Shown: positions 19,150 to 28,576, counted from the stretch's first letter. The stretch: DNA of 64,000 nucleotides from a virus (IMGVR_UViG_3300037067_013660:132896-196895); one strand, 5' to 3'. A program made the numbers and translations. Notes: generated by a model from the sequence alone, not told the origin.

Positions 19150-19731
19150 CTAGTCGCTGGAGTCCACGCGACTTTCGCAGTAGTAGTAATGGGGTCCCGC
19201 CGACCACGACGCGTCGCCCTGTTCCTCACGGCGTCGCACGTAAAACTCTTGGCCGTGACCCAGCACTCCCATTTCGTTCAGCGCGCGGAGATCCTGGTCC
19301 GACAGTTTCGTTTTGGACGTGACGCGCCAACCGTGCCCGTAGTAACAGTTGCCCAGTTGACCACCGCCCGTCGGCGCAATGACGAACACGGGGTCGGCGC
19401 CCGCGTAACGTTCGTCACGCTCGTGTTGCAGCTCGCGCTCCAGCGTGGCGACGCGTTCCTCCAGAAACTTCTGGGTGTAGCGGTGTTGTCGGATCTGTTC
19501 CTCCAGGCGTTCGACCGGTACGCCACCAGCTTGATCGCGCCGCCCGCGCCGATAGCCGTCGGCGTAGGCGTACTGGATCTGCTGCCTGGTGTTGTCGGCA
19601 TCGAACTCGTAGTATTCCTCTTCGCCGTTGTCTCCGTAGACGTACCCCTCGGTCATGCCGGTCGGCGTCGTGACGTAGTGCGCTGGATCGTCCTGCCAGC
19701 GTTGATCCCAGGGTTTGGATTGCTGTTCCAT
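19150..19731 (-). CDS. Hypothetical protein
   Basis: AAGGAG RBS; first gene after a non-coding gap at 19735-19840. Confidence 0.65.
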   Translation of the reverse strand: MEQQSKPWDQRWQDDPAHYVTTPTGMTEGYVYGDNGEEEYYEFDADNTRQQIQYAYADGYRRGRRDQAGGVPVERLEEQIRQHRYTQKFLEERVATLERELQHERDERYAGADPVFVIAPTGGGQLGNCYYGHGWRVTSKTKLSDQDLRALNEMGVLGHGQEFYVRRREEQGDASWSAGPHYYYCESRVDSSD

Positions 19732-19839
19732 TACGCTCTACACTCCTTCACGATTTTGATTTCGACCACACCAACACCTCCACCACCACAATAAAATCAG
19801 GCGGGAAAAATGTCAAGACAAATGCGCGGCCAGCCTTTC

Positions 19840-20547
19840 CTACGGCGACAGCACGTCTACTTCCGACCGCAAGGGATCAGACGGCCAGGGCGTCTGTGCT
19901 AAATCCTGAACACGTAGCCGCAGGGATCCCGCGACGTCGTAGTACGCGTCCACCACGATGCCGATGTCGTTACCCTCGCCTAGAAGGCGTACGAGCAGCC
20001 CGATGGCATCGCGTCGCTTCTGTTCTTTAATTGAGATTTTCTTATTCTTGGGTACTCGCGCTTGTTTCGCGCGTCCTTTGTCCTGGTGGATTTTGTCCTG
20101 TAGGGCCCCGACCAAGGTTTCGGGTGGTGGTGGCTTTCGCGCCGCTTGCTCCTCGGCGGATAACGGTTTCTGTGCCACACGCACACGCAGCATTTCGACT
20201 TCCCGCTGCAACGAGGCCAAGCGACGTAAATCCACGCCCGTACAGTCGGTTCTGCCGGTGCCCCAGCACCCATCGCACACGCCCTCCGTGATGGCCTGGC
20301 CCCCGATGCCGCCCCGCCACGTCGCGGTGCTGCCGTAGCTTTTGCGGCCGACGCCACCACAGCGCGGACACCCTACTCCCAGGACCAACCGGACGGCCCC
20401 GAGCAAGCGCTCTAACTCGGGCATCATGATCTCGGCCATGATGGAGTCCGGTAGTTTGCCGTTGGGTGGATCTCGGTAGAAGGCAAAGGTCTCGGCGATT
20501 TTTTCGGCCAGCTCGGCCAGTTGCTCGTGATCAACCCTGACCAGCAC
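19840..20547 (-). CDS. DnaJ-type zinc-finger protein
   Basis: CPRCGGVG...CDGCWGTG. Confidence 0.6.
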   Translation of the reverse strand: MLVRVDHEQLAELAEKIAETFAFYRDPPNGKLPDSIMAEIMMPELERLLGAVRLVLGVGCPRCGGVGRKSYGSTATWRGGIGGQAITEGVCDGCWGTGRTDCTGVDLRRLASLQREVEMLRVRVAQKPLSAEEQAARKPPPPETLVGALQDKIHQDKGRAKQARVPKNKKISIKEQKRRDAIGLLVRLLGEGNDIGIVVDAYYDVAGSLRLRVQDLAQTPWPSDPLRSEVDVLSP

Positions 20548-20799
20548 GCTACACCTCTTTCTCTACGTTCCCGACTTTGTCTTCCACCCTGTAGGTACCC
20601 TCGATCCACCGAAACGCATCAAGGAACGTGACGGAAAATGACGTCCGTACCGTGCCGTCTAGATCCTGTGTAATAGACTCAAAAGAAACTATCCATGAGT
20701 TATTTGTCGTGGTGGCACAGTCGGGAATGTGGTCGGGGATCTGAAAGCGCCTGTCCCGTAGTTCACCCGCCGTAATGGTGTCGATGCTGTAGCACATGT

Positions 20800-21048
20800 C
20801 TAGGTTCTCTTGACAACGGCAGTCTTGTCCACCGTATCGAACTCTAGCGTCACGGTTTCCCCGTACTCGATCCACTGGCCAAGAAACTCCCTAATTTCGT
20901 CGGTCTTTGTAAGGAACCAACCCTCTGGGTCTTCTGTGTACCCGTCGTAGTCAGGATCGGTTGGTCTAGGTGGCTCCAGACTCTCGATATAGTCGGTAAT
21001 GGCCCAATCCACCGCGTCTGGCGTTTTGAACGTCACGATCATCTGCAT
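20800..21048 (-). CDS. Hypothetical protein
   Basis: AAGGAG RBS; VTFKTPDA...WIEYGETVTLEFDT. Confidence 0.65.
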   Translation of the reverse strand: MQMIVTFKTPDAVDWAITDYIESLEPPRPTDPDYDGYTEDPEGWFLTKTDEIREFLGQWIEYGETVTLEFDTVDKTAVVKRT

Positions 21049-21127
21049 GGCGCTACTCCTTTATCATGGCCAATTTTCCAGCATGGTTTCGATACGCATC
21101 CTTACGACGACGTTTTGTTGTTCTCCC

Positions 21128-21928
21128 CTACAGCTCAAGTCGCAGTTTCTCGCCCTTCTTGATGCTGGCGATCGCGGCGTTGGCCACGACGCGCCAGCAC
21201 TCCCGCTGTACCCTAGCATCGTGCAGGGCGTTGTGCTGGGGTAAAGTATCGTGCCAACCGTTCACCGAGGCGAAGGCGTCGCGATTGACGTCTGGATCGA
21301 TTCCTACGACCCGCAAGACAGTGGCGAGATCGTACGGGATGTAGAAAATGTTCTTTGGGAGTTTCTGGGCACCACCAAAGAGCTGACAGAAAAGCGTCCA
21401 ATCGTACGCCCCTACGTCGACCCAAATTTCCGCCTGGTCAAATCGACGGAGCCACTCAACCAAGCTCTCGGCTACAAAAGCGGTAGGTCCCTTGACGTGG
21501 TGGTGTCCCTCTGGATTCGATACGTCACTACCGACAGGATGGTACGCTAGTATTAAGTTGGTCAACACATTGTCTTGGATCCATGGGTCTACTTGGTGAG
21601 CATCATAGTCCGTGAACTCCGCGTAAAACTCTTCACCTGTGTCCGCCACCAACGCGAGCGAAATCAGGGTGGTGTTCTGGTGCAGACCCGTGAACTCGGT
21701 ATCGAGAAATAGTTTAGTACGTGTTGGCCGCATGGCTTCCTGTTCCTTACGAAACCGCGCTGCTTCCTCTGGCGTAGGTAGCGGCATATATGTGTCCTTT
21801 TCGTAGTCCATGATAGCGGTGACCAACGCGGCCCGTTCCTCGAAGTCTGGGTCACCAGGACGAGCAGACCACAGGGTTTCGAGCCGGGTACACGCAGCCT
21901 CGAACTCTTGTCGATTGTTAATGTGCAT
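21128..21928 (-). CDS. HigA-like N-terminal helical domain fused to a DEDDh 3'-5' exonuclease (Rv2179c-like)
   Basis: INNRQEFEAACTRLETLW...LVTAIMDYE then LFLDTEFTGL, AYDW, HNALHDA. Confidence 0.8.
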   Translation of the reverse strand: MHINNRQEFEAACTRLETLWSARPGDPDFEERAALVTAIMDYEKDTYMPLPTPEEAARFRKEQEAMRPTRTKLFLDTEFTGLHQNTTLISLALVADTGEEFYAEFTDYDAHQVDPWIQDNVLTNLILAYHPVGSDVSNPEGHHHVKGPTAFVAESLVEWLRRFDQAEIWVDVGAYDWTLFCQLFGGAQKLPKNIFYIPYDLATVLRVVGIDPDVNRDAFASVNGWHDTLPQHNALHDARVQRECWRVVANAAIASIKKGEKLRLEL

Positions 21929-22254
21929 TATGCTTTTCCCTTGGTTCTCCACGCTTGCCACGCGTCAAAAATTTCTTGAGCCGCCGCCTCGTAATGATCC
22001 GGTGTCCCAACCGACGCAGAATCGAATAGATGGCAAAACGTACCGTACAACTCATTTTTGACGACAATAAACTCGACCACACCACGACAATCCATCAGCC
22101 ACTCGGCCATAAAGGCGGCCTCGGGCCTGTATTCATGATTGGGTGCCCCCATCCTGATGAGTCCCATGGGGTCGTGCCGTGCGAGGATTTCCCTGATCGT
22201 AACTTCAAGGTCGTGCCAACGTCTACTTACGTCGATCGGAAACTCGTTGCTCAT
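21928..22254 (-). CDS. Hypothetical protein
   Basis: HDPMGL...APNHEY motif; coupled to the exonuclease gene. Confidence 0.55.
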   Translation of the reverse strand: MSNEFPIDVSRRWHDLEVTIREILARHDPMGLIRMGAPNHEYRPEAAFMAEWLMDCRGVVEFIVVKNELYGTFCHLFDSASVGTPDHYEAAAQEIFDAWQAWRTKGKA

Positions 22255-22299
22255 GTTTCATCCTTCCGGCGCCAACATTCCTTGCACCTGTACCAACCA

Positions 22300-22557
22300 T
22301 CACCACAACAATCTCGTGTAAAGCCCAGGGGGCGAACACGTTGCCTTCGGGGCAAAACAGTCGAGGTGCTCTCGTTCGTCCTGGGGCAGCATGGCCCAAG
22401 CATGGTGTCGGTTTGCTTGTTCGATCGCGGCCTTAATCTCAGGGTCTTGAGTAAGTATCAGGACTTCTTCTGGTCGCAAATACAGACCCTTATGTTCTGC
22501 TGCCGCTTGAACTAGTTTGTGGAACACCGTTGGGTTTGCCATCGTAGATTCCTCCAA
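22300..22557 (-). CDS. Hypothetical protein
   Basis: GGAGG before internal MANPT start. Confidence 0.5.
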   Translation of the reverse strand: MEESTMANPTVFHKLVQAAAEHKGLYLRPEEVLILTQDPEIKAAIEQANRHHAWAMLPQDEREHLDCFAPKATCSPPGLYTRLLW

Positions 22558-22586
22558 GACTTTTCATCACGTCTGGGTGGGAGTCG

Positions 22587-23642
22587 TCACCTTACTTTGA
22601 ATATAGTGATACCGACAACGTTACAATCAACAATTTCTTCTAGCTTGCTTGCAGCCGAGCCCATTGTAGTGCCGCTCGTAAGGATGTCGTCTACTACAAC
22701 AATGGTGTGTTGCGGGTCTAAATTAATTACTTTATTCCTGCCCGCTATTTTTACCGACACAACAAAGAACTTTCTGAATCTACCTGGTATTTGTTTCATG
22801 GACTCAAAATGCTTGGTCTGAAACTTATCCATTACAAAATCTGGAGCCGACTCAGATAATTGAATTGTTTTATCTATAATAAAGAAATTAGGTATGAACT
22901 TTGTTTGATAGTGTCTAGCGACAGCATCACCAAAATCAGAAGTTAGTCTACTCGCACTACTGATGCCACATACCATCTTTACTTGTTGTGGCAAGTGCCT
23001 TATCATTTTCTCAGATGTGTGTTCTATAAATTCATCATAAGATTCGTGATTTATTTTGTATTTAGCTTCCGGCATACCTTTGACTGCCTTAAGCATGTCA
23101 ACGGCTAAACTACTATGTTGTTTAATCTGATACGCCGAGTAAACGGTAAATCCACTGACCGTAGTTTCGAACGGTTTCCCGTCCAGTCTGCCGAACGACA
23201 AATCCATAAATCCAAAATTGTCAAGGGTAATGAACAACTCACCTGATTTGTCGTCTACGATAAAACCTGCATCGCGTATCGTTTTTGTCGCGATGTCAAA
23301 GATAATTGCGGGTTTACGTTGTAGTTTGGCCAATCCAATAGTATTCTCCGTACCTTTAGATACACCGTCCCAGAACACCAAAATCATGTCACTGTTCTGA
23401 ACAATTGTTTTGTTGCGGACAACTCCCGCTCCTCTACCATAAGTTTTCCAGTCTGGTGCAAATATTTTGATCGGTAGGTTGTATGCAGCGGCGAATCGTT
23501 CTGCGAACGTATCCGTTCCTGCAGCACCCCCCGATACAATACGGACATCTTCTCCGACGTGATCTACGATAGACATCACGATGTTGGTAAACTCTTGGTA
23601 GTTTGTATAGGTTCTAGACCCTACGATGCCTAGATTAAACAT
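22587..23642 (-). CDS. SLOG (DUF2493/YspA-like) domain fused to a phosphoribosyltransferase domain
   Basis: GIVGSR...IVSGGAAGTD...AGVVRN...FWDGVSKGT (SLOG); IVVVDDILTSGTTM (PRPP-binding loop); markedly AT-rich. Confidence 0.85.
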   Translation of the reverse strand: MFNLGIVGSRTYTNYQEFTNIVMSIVDHVGEDVRIVSGGAAGTDTFAERFAAAYNLPIKIFAPDWKTYGRGAGVVRNKTIVQNSDMILVFWDGVSKGTENTIGLAKLQRKPAIIFDIATKTIRDAGFIVDDKSGELFITLDNFGFMDLSFGRLDGKPFETTVSGFTVYSAYQIKQHSSLAVDMLKAVKGMPEAKYKINHESYDEFIEHTSEKMIRHLPQQVKMVCGISSASRLTSDFGDAVARHYQTKFIPNFFIIDKTIQLSESAPDFVMDKFQTKHFESMKQIPGRFRKFFVVSVKIAGRNKVINLDPQHTIVVVDDILTSGTTMGSAASKLEEIVDCNVVGITIFKVR

Positions 23643-23743
23643 TTTGTTTCCTTTTAGCTATTTTCTTTCGTAGCTTCGCCGTTTCCTTCTTGTGACACAG
23701 TATACACAGGGTCCGGTAATTGTCCAGTCCGCATTCCCCGCCG
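23588..23743. repeat. 156-bp direct repeat, copy 1 (copy 2 at 26370-26525)
   Basis: Covers HNH 3' end plus SLOG 5' end; few synonymous differences. Confidence 0.9.
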
Positions 23744-23855
23744 TCCCATCCCTGCACCACATCCCACGTCCGCCACCTGTATCCAGGCTCAGCAATGCAC
23801 ATGTTCCTCCGCGGCCGCGCGCACTCCCTTCCCTGCTTGTCCAGGTAGGTGTCGG

Positions 23856-24527
23856 TCATGCTCCTACTCCTCTCGGCCACTCGCGGCCGATCTCGGGCAC
23901 CGAGGTCTTGCCGTACACGGGCACTCCGCGGGCACGCAGCGCGTCTGCCAGCAGGTGCGCCCACTCGCGCGAGTAGAGCACCGGACGCGGCGAAAGAAGC
24001 CCCACGACCACCCAGTCGGGCACCCAGTCCCCGATCACGATGGGGGCCAGCAGGGGCTCCACGGAGATCCAGCGGCCGAAGCCCGGCGGGATCTGGCGGA
24101 GGTGAGCACATGCCACATCCCAGCTCGCCTGATCCGTGGCGGTAGCGCCCATCCATGCGGGCACTGCGGGCCATGTGAACCACTCCATCTGCGCCGGGCG
24201 CTTCGTGAGCAGGAGGTACGTGTGTCATGGTGCGCCGTACATGGCGTCATGGACTGCGAGAGTCCAGTCTGCGTCCACTCCCACGCCGTACAGGTCCGAG
24301 GTCGAACACACGAAGATCCGCGCGGGCTTCTTTCGCCTCGCAGGCTCGCCCAGTCGCTCCGGGTGGAACGTGGGCAGGAAGGCCCGCTCCTCATCCGTGC
24401 GACCAAAGCGCCGCGCCATAGCCCGCGCGTAGCAGTACGAGCAGCCCCCGAGGCAGCCTGTTATCGGATTCCAGCTCAGGTCACTCCAGCCGATGGTCTT
24501 GGCGACGTTGTTCATGGCTTCCTCCAC
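23856..24527 (-). pseudogene. DUF5131 (phage Gp37/Gp68) gene with an in-frame TGA
   Basis: WNPITGC...CSYCYA...IFVCSTSDL...GAP*HTYLLLTKRP...WISVEPLL; both ORFs share a frame; stop at 24225-24227. Confidence 0.85.
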
Positions 24528-24656
24528 TTGCCCGCTGCCCCATCGAAGCTGTCAGCCTGCTCTACCAGCCCGCAGCTCGCACAGCACATCTCGTGGCGCA
24601 CGTAGTAGAGTCGGCACTCGACCGCCTCGCCTCCGCACCTCGGGCACGTCTTGAGG

Positions 24657-24941
24657 TCACTCATGGGGCACCTCCAGGAGCGCGGCGAGGTCGGACAGAG
24701 ACAACCTTAAACAGCCCGGAATGGATTGCGTCGCCATCAGCCTCTCAATCCCCTCCCGCAGCCTCGCCAGCTCGGCCTCGGCCTTCTCGGCGCGCAACAC
24801 CAGATCGTCGCCTCGAAGCCGTTGGGTATCCCGCTCCCTCTCGGTGATGGTGAGCGCATGCTCTAGCGCCTGAGCATCGGTGCCATCCAGCGGCATGCGG
24901 CGGCGGCAGGCATCGCGCACAGTGATTTTCTCGTTGCTCAT
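24657..24941 (-). CDS. Hypothetical protein (RAEKAEAE family)
   Basis: GGAGGG RBS; shares C-terminus LAALLEV with 17356-17733. Confidence 0.55.
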   Translation of the reverse strand: MSNEKITVRDACRRRMPLDGTDAQALEHALTITERERDTQRLRGDDLVLRAEKAEAELARLREGIERLMATQSIPGCLRLSLSDLAALLEVPHE

Positions 24942-25084
24942 CGCCCTTCCCTCCGCGCCCAGGGGATCCAGGCGTGCCGGTAGACCACGCCGATACCTAC
25001 GTGTGCGTTTCGTTCGATGTACTCGCGGACCCTGCGCCTGACCGGGCACCACCAGGGAATCCAGACGTGGACCTCTGCGGCGAA

Positions 25085-25300
25085 TCACGGTCTGCGCCTC
25101 CTGCGGGCCCAGATAGTGCCGTAGCCGTCGCCGTGGCCGTAGCCGTCGCCGTGGCCGTAGCCGTGGCCGTGGCCGTAGCCGTGGCCGTAGCCGTAGCCGT
25201 AGCCGTAGCCGTCGCCGTAGCCGTAGCCGTCGCCGTCGCCGTAGCCGTAGCCGTCGCCGTAGCCGTCGCCTACCGGCATCTGCACCGTAGCACCCATCAC
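25085..25300 (-). CDS. Gly-Tyr/Asp/His dipeptide-repeat peptide
   Basis: 6-bp GGCTAC/GGCGAC/GGCCAC tandem repeat at ~25117-25270; coupled to the upstream gene. Confidence 0.6.
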   Translation of the reverse strand: MMGATVQMPVGDGYGDGYGYGDGDGYGYGDGYGYGYGYGHGYGHGHGYGHGDGYGHGDGYGTIWARRRRRP

Positions 25301-25800
25301 AGCCCCCAGTCGTCGCGGACGGGCACGCGGAAGATCTCGGCGTCGGCGGGCAGGTCCACATCTGCGACCGTGCGGATGTCGCTATCTAGCTCCGGATGCT
25401 CGATCACTGCTGCGAAGCCCTGGCCGCCAGTCCAACGGTAGACCCACACCGCGCGAGACAAACGGATCCGTCCATTCTCCTCGGTGATGTCACCGGCGAA
25501 GATCCAGCCGCGATCCACCACCACGACGGCGCGCTTACCTGTGGGGCGCGAGTCCGCGCGGATGTAGTCGATCCCGTTCACCGTGATCCTGTCTTCCATG
25601 ATTTCCTCCTGTTTGTTGTTCATACTCATTCCCTCCCGCAGCCTCGCCAGCTCGGCCTCGGCCTTCTCGGCGCGGGCGCGAAGCGCGTACAGCCTCTCGT
25701 CTGGCTCGTAGTGATCACACCTCACACCGCACGCGGCGGCTAGGCCCATCACGCACCCCTCGTACTGGTTCCACTTGTCGCAGGTCTTGCAGTCACTCAT
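25297..25800 (-). CDS. DUF6948-like protein (probable own start at 25599) in frame with the duplicated N-terminal segment
   Basis: GGAGG before MEDRITVNG; AVVVVDRGWIFAGD...IRLSRAVWVYRW. Confidence 0.6.
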   Translation of the reverse strand: MSDCKTCDKWNQYEGCVMGLAAACGVRCDHYEPDERLYALRARAEKAEAELARLREGMSMNNKQEEIMEDRITVNGIDYIRADSRPTGKRAVVVVDRGWIFAGDITEENGRIRLSRAVWVYRWTGGQGFAAVIEHPELDSDIRTVADVDLPADAEIFRVPVRDDWGL

Positions 25801-26035
25801 CTCTCATCCCTCCTTCCACGCGAGCACCACGGTGATGTCGCGGTCTACCTGGCGTACCGACGCTTCCCACCTGGTGGGCACAAGTACATCATTGCCTAGC
25901 CCCTGGCAGTACTGGAGCATCTGGCGTTTCGACCGAAACGTTTGTTCTTCAGGACGCCAAGGCGTTTGACCTCATAGACACGACCAACCCGCGAGACCAA
26001 CACGAAGGCGTTTTCCCAAGCACAGTCACGCCATT

Positions 26036-26245
26036 TTAGGTTTTTGTTTCCCATTGTTTATTCCACTCGTTGGCCGCCTGTTCAAACCCCACGACGTAGT
26101 GGTCGGTACTGAACTCACACCGGTCACACCAGACCAAGAAAAAATGATGTCTGGTATCGCGGTGTCGAATACGAGTATGTTGTAGCGTTTGACAACCACA
26201 ATTAGGGCAAGGATTTAGACGACGACGTTCAACGTACGGGTTCAT
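26036..26245 (-). CDS. Lar-like restriction-alleviation zinc-ribbon protein
   Basis: LNPCPNCG...VWCDRC...EQAANEWN. Confidence 0.6.
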   Translation of the reverse strand: MNPYVERRRLNPCPNCGCQTLQHTRIRHRDTRHHFFLVWCDRCEFSTDHYVVGFEQAANEWNKQWETKT

Positions 26246-26317
26246 GATGGTGTTTTACCGTGGGTTGCGGAGTACTTGATTACGTTATGTTGTTTCCTCT
26301 GCATGAGACTACAACAG

Positions 26318-26369
26318 GCGCCTGAACCTCCCCAAGGCTAAAGCCTGGGACTTTCGGGTTACAGAGGGA
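26318..26369. mobile_element. Orphan IS200/IS605-like terminal hairpin
   Basis: CCTCCCAAGGCTAAAGCCTGGGAC resembles the CTAAAG/CTTTAG-loop hairpins of the other elements; abuts the 156-bp repeat. Confidence 0.45.
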
Positions 26370-26416
26370 TAAACTCTTGGTAGTTTGTATAGGTTCTAGA
26401 CCCTACGATGCCTAGA

Positions 26417-26932
26417 TTAAACATTTTGTTTCCTTTTAGCTATTTTCTTGCGTAGCTTCGCCGTTTCCTTCTTATGACACAGTATACACAAAGTCCGGTA
26501 ATTGTCCAGTCCACATTCCCCACCGCCCAACACCACGGGTTTGATGTGGTCGGCGTCCCAGTAGCCGCCGTATCGTCTGGTGCCTAACGGTCTACCCAAA
26601 CGCCGCCGAAACTCCTGAACAGCGACTTTGAACGCATCGGTAGTACCGCGTCGTGCCTCGTTGATCTTCAGTGCCAAATGCTGTTCCAACACGACGGTGT
26701 CGGTGCCGCACAAGCAACACACCCCTCGATCTCGCTCGAACAAACACTTGCGCACGTACGCGGGCTGGGTCCGGAGTTTGTGCTGGTGGACGCACTCGTC
26801 AGAACAAAAGGATCTGCGTCCCCTCGGTACCTCGACGCCGCACACCCGACACTTGGCCCGCCCGTCCGGCCCCCTCGGGAGCTTCGCGGGGTTGACCCAA
26901 CCGGCCGATTTGCTGATGCGGCGTCTGCTCAT
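26417..26932 (-). CDS. HNH endonuclease
   Basis: FERDRGVCCLCG...WDADHIKPVVLGGGECGLDNYRTLCILCH. Confidence 0.9.
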   Translation of the reverse strand: MSRRRISKSAGWVNPAKLPRGPDGRAKCRVCGVEVPRGRRSFCSDECVHQHKLRTQPAYVRKCLFERDRGVCCLCGTDTVVLEQHLALKINEARRGTTDAFKVAVQEFRRRLGRPLGTRRYGGYWDADHIKPVVLGGGECGLDNYRTLCILCHKKETAKLRKKIAKRKQNV

Positions 26933-26933
26933 G

Positions 26934-27227
26934 TCAAAATGGCTTCTTGCGACACGTTTCGTTCAGCAACGAATCCACCAGATCGAATTCATCGGCGTCC
27001 TGGCACTTGTGCGCCTCGGTCCAGCAGAGAAATTGTCGGGCCGTCCGGTCGTACTCGACGCGTTCGATGCAGCACCGCTGCACAGGGCACGCGTTTCCCA
27101 ACGACGCGAGGATTAGGCCAGGGTACGGTGGAAACGGCAACGTGGTGTGCCACCAGTGTTCGTTTCCCTTGGGCGGCGTTTCACACGTTAGGTTGAGCCA
27201 AAGCCAAACAGGATATTCGTGTGTCAT
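26934..27227 (-). CDS. Hypothetical protein
   Basis: Operon geometry. Confidence 0.5.
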   Translation of the reverse strand: MTHEYPVWLWLNLTCETPPKGNEHWWHTTLPFPPYPGLILASLGNACPVQRCCIERVEYDRTARQFLCWTEAHKCQDADEFDLVDSLLNETCRKKPF

Positions 27228-27485
27228 TATTTCGTCGCTTTTTGGTAAGGTGCGAAGATGCCGTTTGTATCGCTGGATAGTTGTTTACTCGACAAGTTCA
27301 TGGGCGGTGGCCTCGGCAACCGAGTAGCCCATGCTGCTGAGATCTAGTTCCACGCAGTACGAAACCCACGTACCATTTTCTGTGGGGAAATAGCAGCGTA
27401 GGTATGGTTGAGCTAGTAACATCTGTATTGTTTTGTTCATGGTCATCGTACCTAAACTTTCTTGCCGTCGACGTAACTGCTTCAT

Positions 27486-27583
27486 ATCTCCATTGTCGTA
27501 CTGTGGACTTTTGGTGTAGGGTTGTACGCCATCAGGTTGTAACACCTGTAGAAACCCCTGCCTTTAGGCAGGGGAGCAGTTAC
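27486..27583 (+). mobile_element. 98-bp IS200/IS605 mini-element / omegaRNA-like remnant
   Basis: Follows TTCAT; ends CCCCTGCCTTTAGGCAGGGG-AGCAGTTAC; removal joins ORFs 27482-27697 and 27285-27545 in frame. Confidence 0.6.
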
Positions 27584-27693
27584 AATGGACGCGTGGTGCC
27601 AGACGTCGGTCCTGAAGTCCTGTGTGACCAAGAGGTCCAGTCCTGTGAACCTTCCGGCCACAAAGCTACAGGGGTCCACCATCCACATACGCA

Positions 27694-28089
27694 TCACAAC
27701 ACCTCACGCAATTCATCAATGTGCAGGCGACGCCGCAACACCGCCAACGCTTTGTTGATGATTTTCTCGACGCCAGACTTCGACAGGTTCATCAGGAGTC
27801 CCACTTCTTCTAACGATGCGTCGCCACGATCCGCCACGTCGAGGGCACAGGTTTCGGGAATTTCCCAAGGCTCCATCGACGGGAAGTTCACGACGACGCT
27901 TTTGTGGTCACGGCCGTCCTGGTAATTAAGGTACAGGTGATGACGGCAGCCAACGAACGGACACGGCCGTACACCGTGACGACATTGTTCACGATCTACT
28001 GGACGCGGTTCTGACGATACTTCGGTAGCGTCGTCCTGCAATTTTATAACGCGGGGGCGGTCTGCCCTGCGGATCCTAGGCGTCGGCAT
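27694..28089 (-). CDS. Sigma-70 region-4-like HTH protein with Cys/His-rich N-terminus
   Basis: RPCPFVGCRHHLYL...ETCALDVADRG.ASLEEVGLLMNLSKSGVEKIINKAL. Confidence 0.7.
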   Translation of the reverse strand: MPTPRIRRADRPRVIKLQDDATEVSSEPRPVDREQCRHGVRPCPFVGCRHHLYLNYQDGRDHKSVVVNFPSMEPWEIPETCALDVADRGDASLEEVGLLMNLSKSGVEKIINKALAVLRRRLHIDELREVL

Positions 28090-28537
28090 CGTGGAGCTTT
28101 CGGCTATTGTAACGCGCGATGTCGCATGCAATTTGTTGGTTACGTCGCGCGATAGCCTCGGGCGTTTGCAACGCACACGCGTGGCACAAACCCGATGTAC
28201 TGCCCTGATTTATGGTTTTACCACAAATCGAACACGTGCGGTTTTCCTTTGGTTTAGCTTTGTTGCTTTGACGCCAGCACATCTGGCACATGCCGGTGCG
28301 CGCAATTTTTGACATTTCTTTGCCGCACACAGAACAGAAAACCGGCACTTTGGGTGTAGTGGCTTGTTTTTTCGCTGCCGTCTTCTTGCCGCCGAGTCGT
28401 CCGCGTTGTTTGCGTTGTTGTGTCGTGATGATGGGACGTTTGCATTTTTGGCATCCACGCTCTGGACCGTCGTGGACGTCGCCCGTCTTGGTAAAGTGTA
28501 CCAGCATATAGCGATCCTCCACCGTGAATAAAACCAC
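28076..28537 (-). CDS. Multi-zinc-finger basic protein
   Basis: Repeated CSxCGK...GxCxxC units. Confidence 0.55.
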   Translation of the reverse strand: MVLFTVEDRYMLVHFTKTGDVHDGPERGCQKCKRPIITTQQRKQRGRLGGKKTAAKKQATTPKVPVFCSVCGKEMSKIARTGMCQMCWRQSNKAKPKENRTCSICGKTINQGSTSGLCHACALQTPEAIARRNQQIACDIARYNSRKLHDADA

Positions 28538-28576
28538 AGCGGCGTCCCCTTGTCAATACATTTTATTAGAAATGGA

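Noticed and set aside
23635-24228. 197-aa ORF ending in an HNH C-terminus
   Set aside because: Chimeric read-through: off-frame DUF5131 sequence plus a gene fragment fused to the duplicated HNH tail
24974-25441. Poly-(Val-Ala) plus-strand ORF and the Arg-Leu frame of 24657-25361
   Set aside because: Alternative frames of the GYG repeat gene
23588-26525. DGR template/variable pair among the duplicated segments (also 17588/25655 and 38938/39718)
   Set aside because: Differences are few or mostly synonymous, not adenine-specific on the coding strand; no reverse transcriptase in the window
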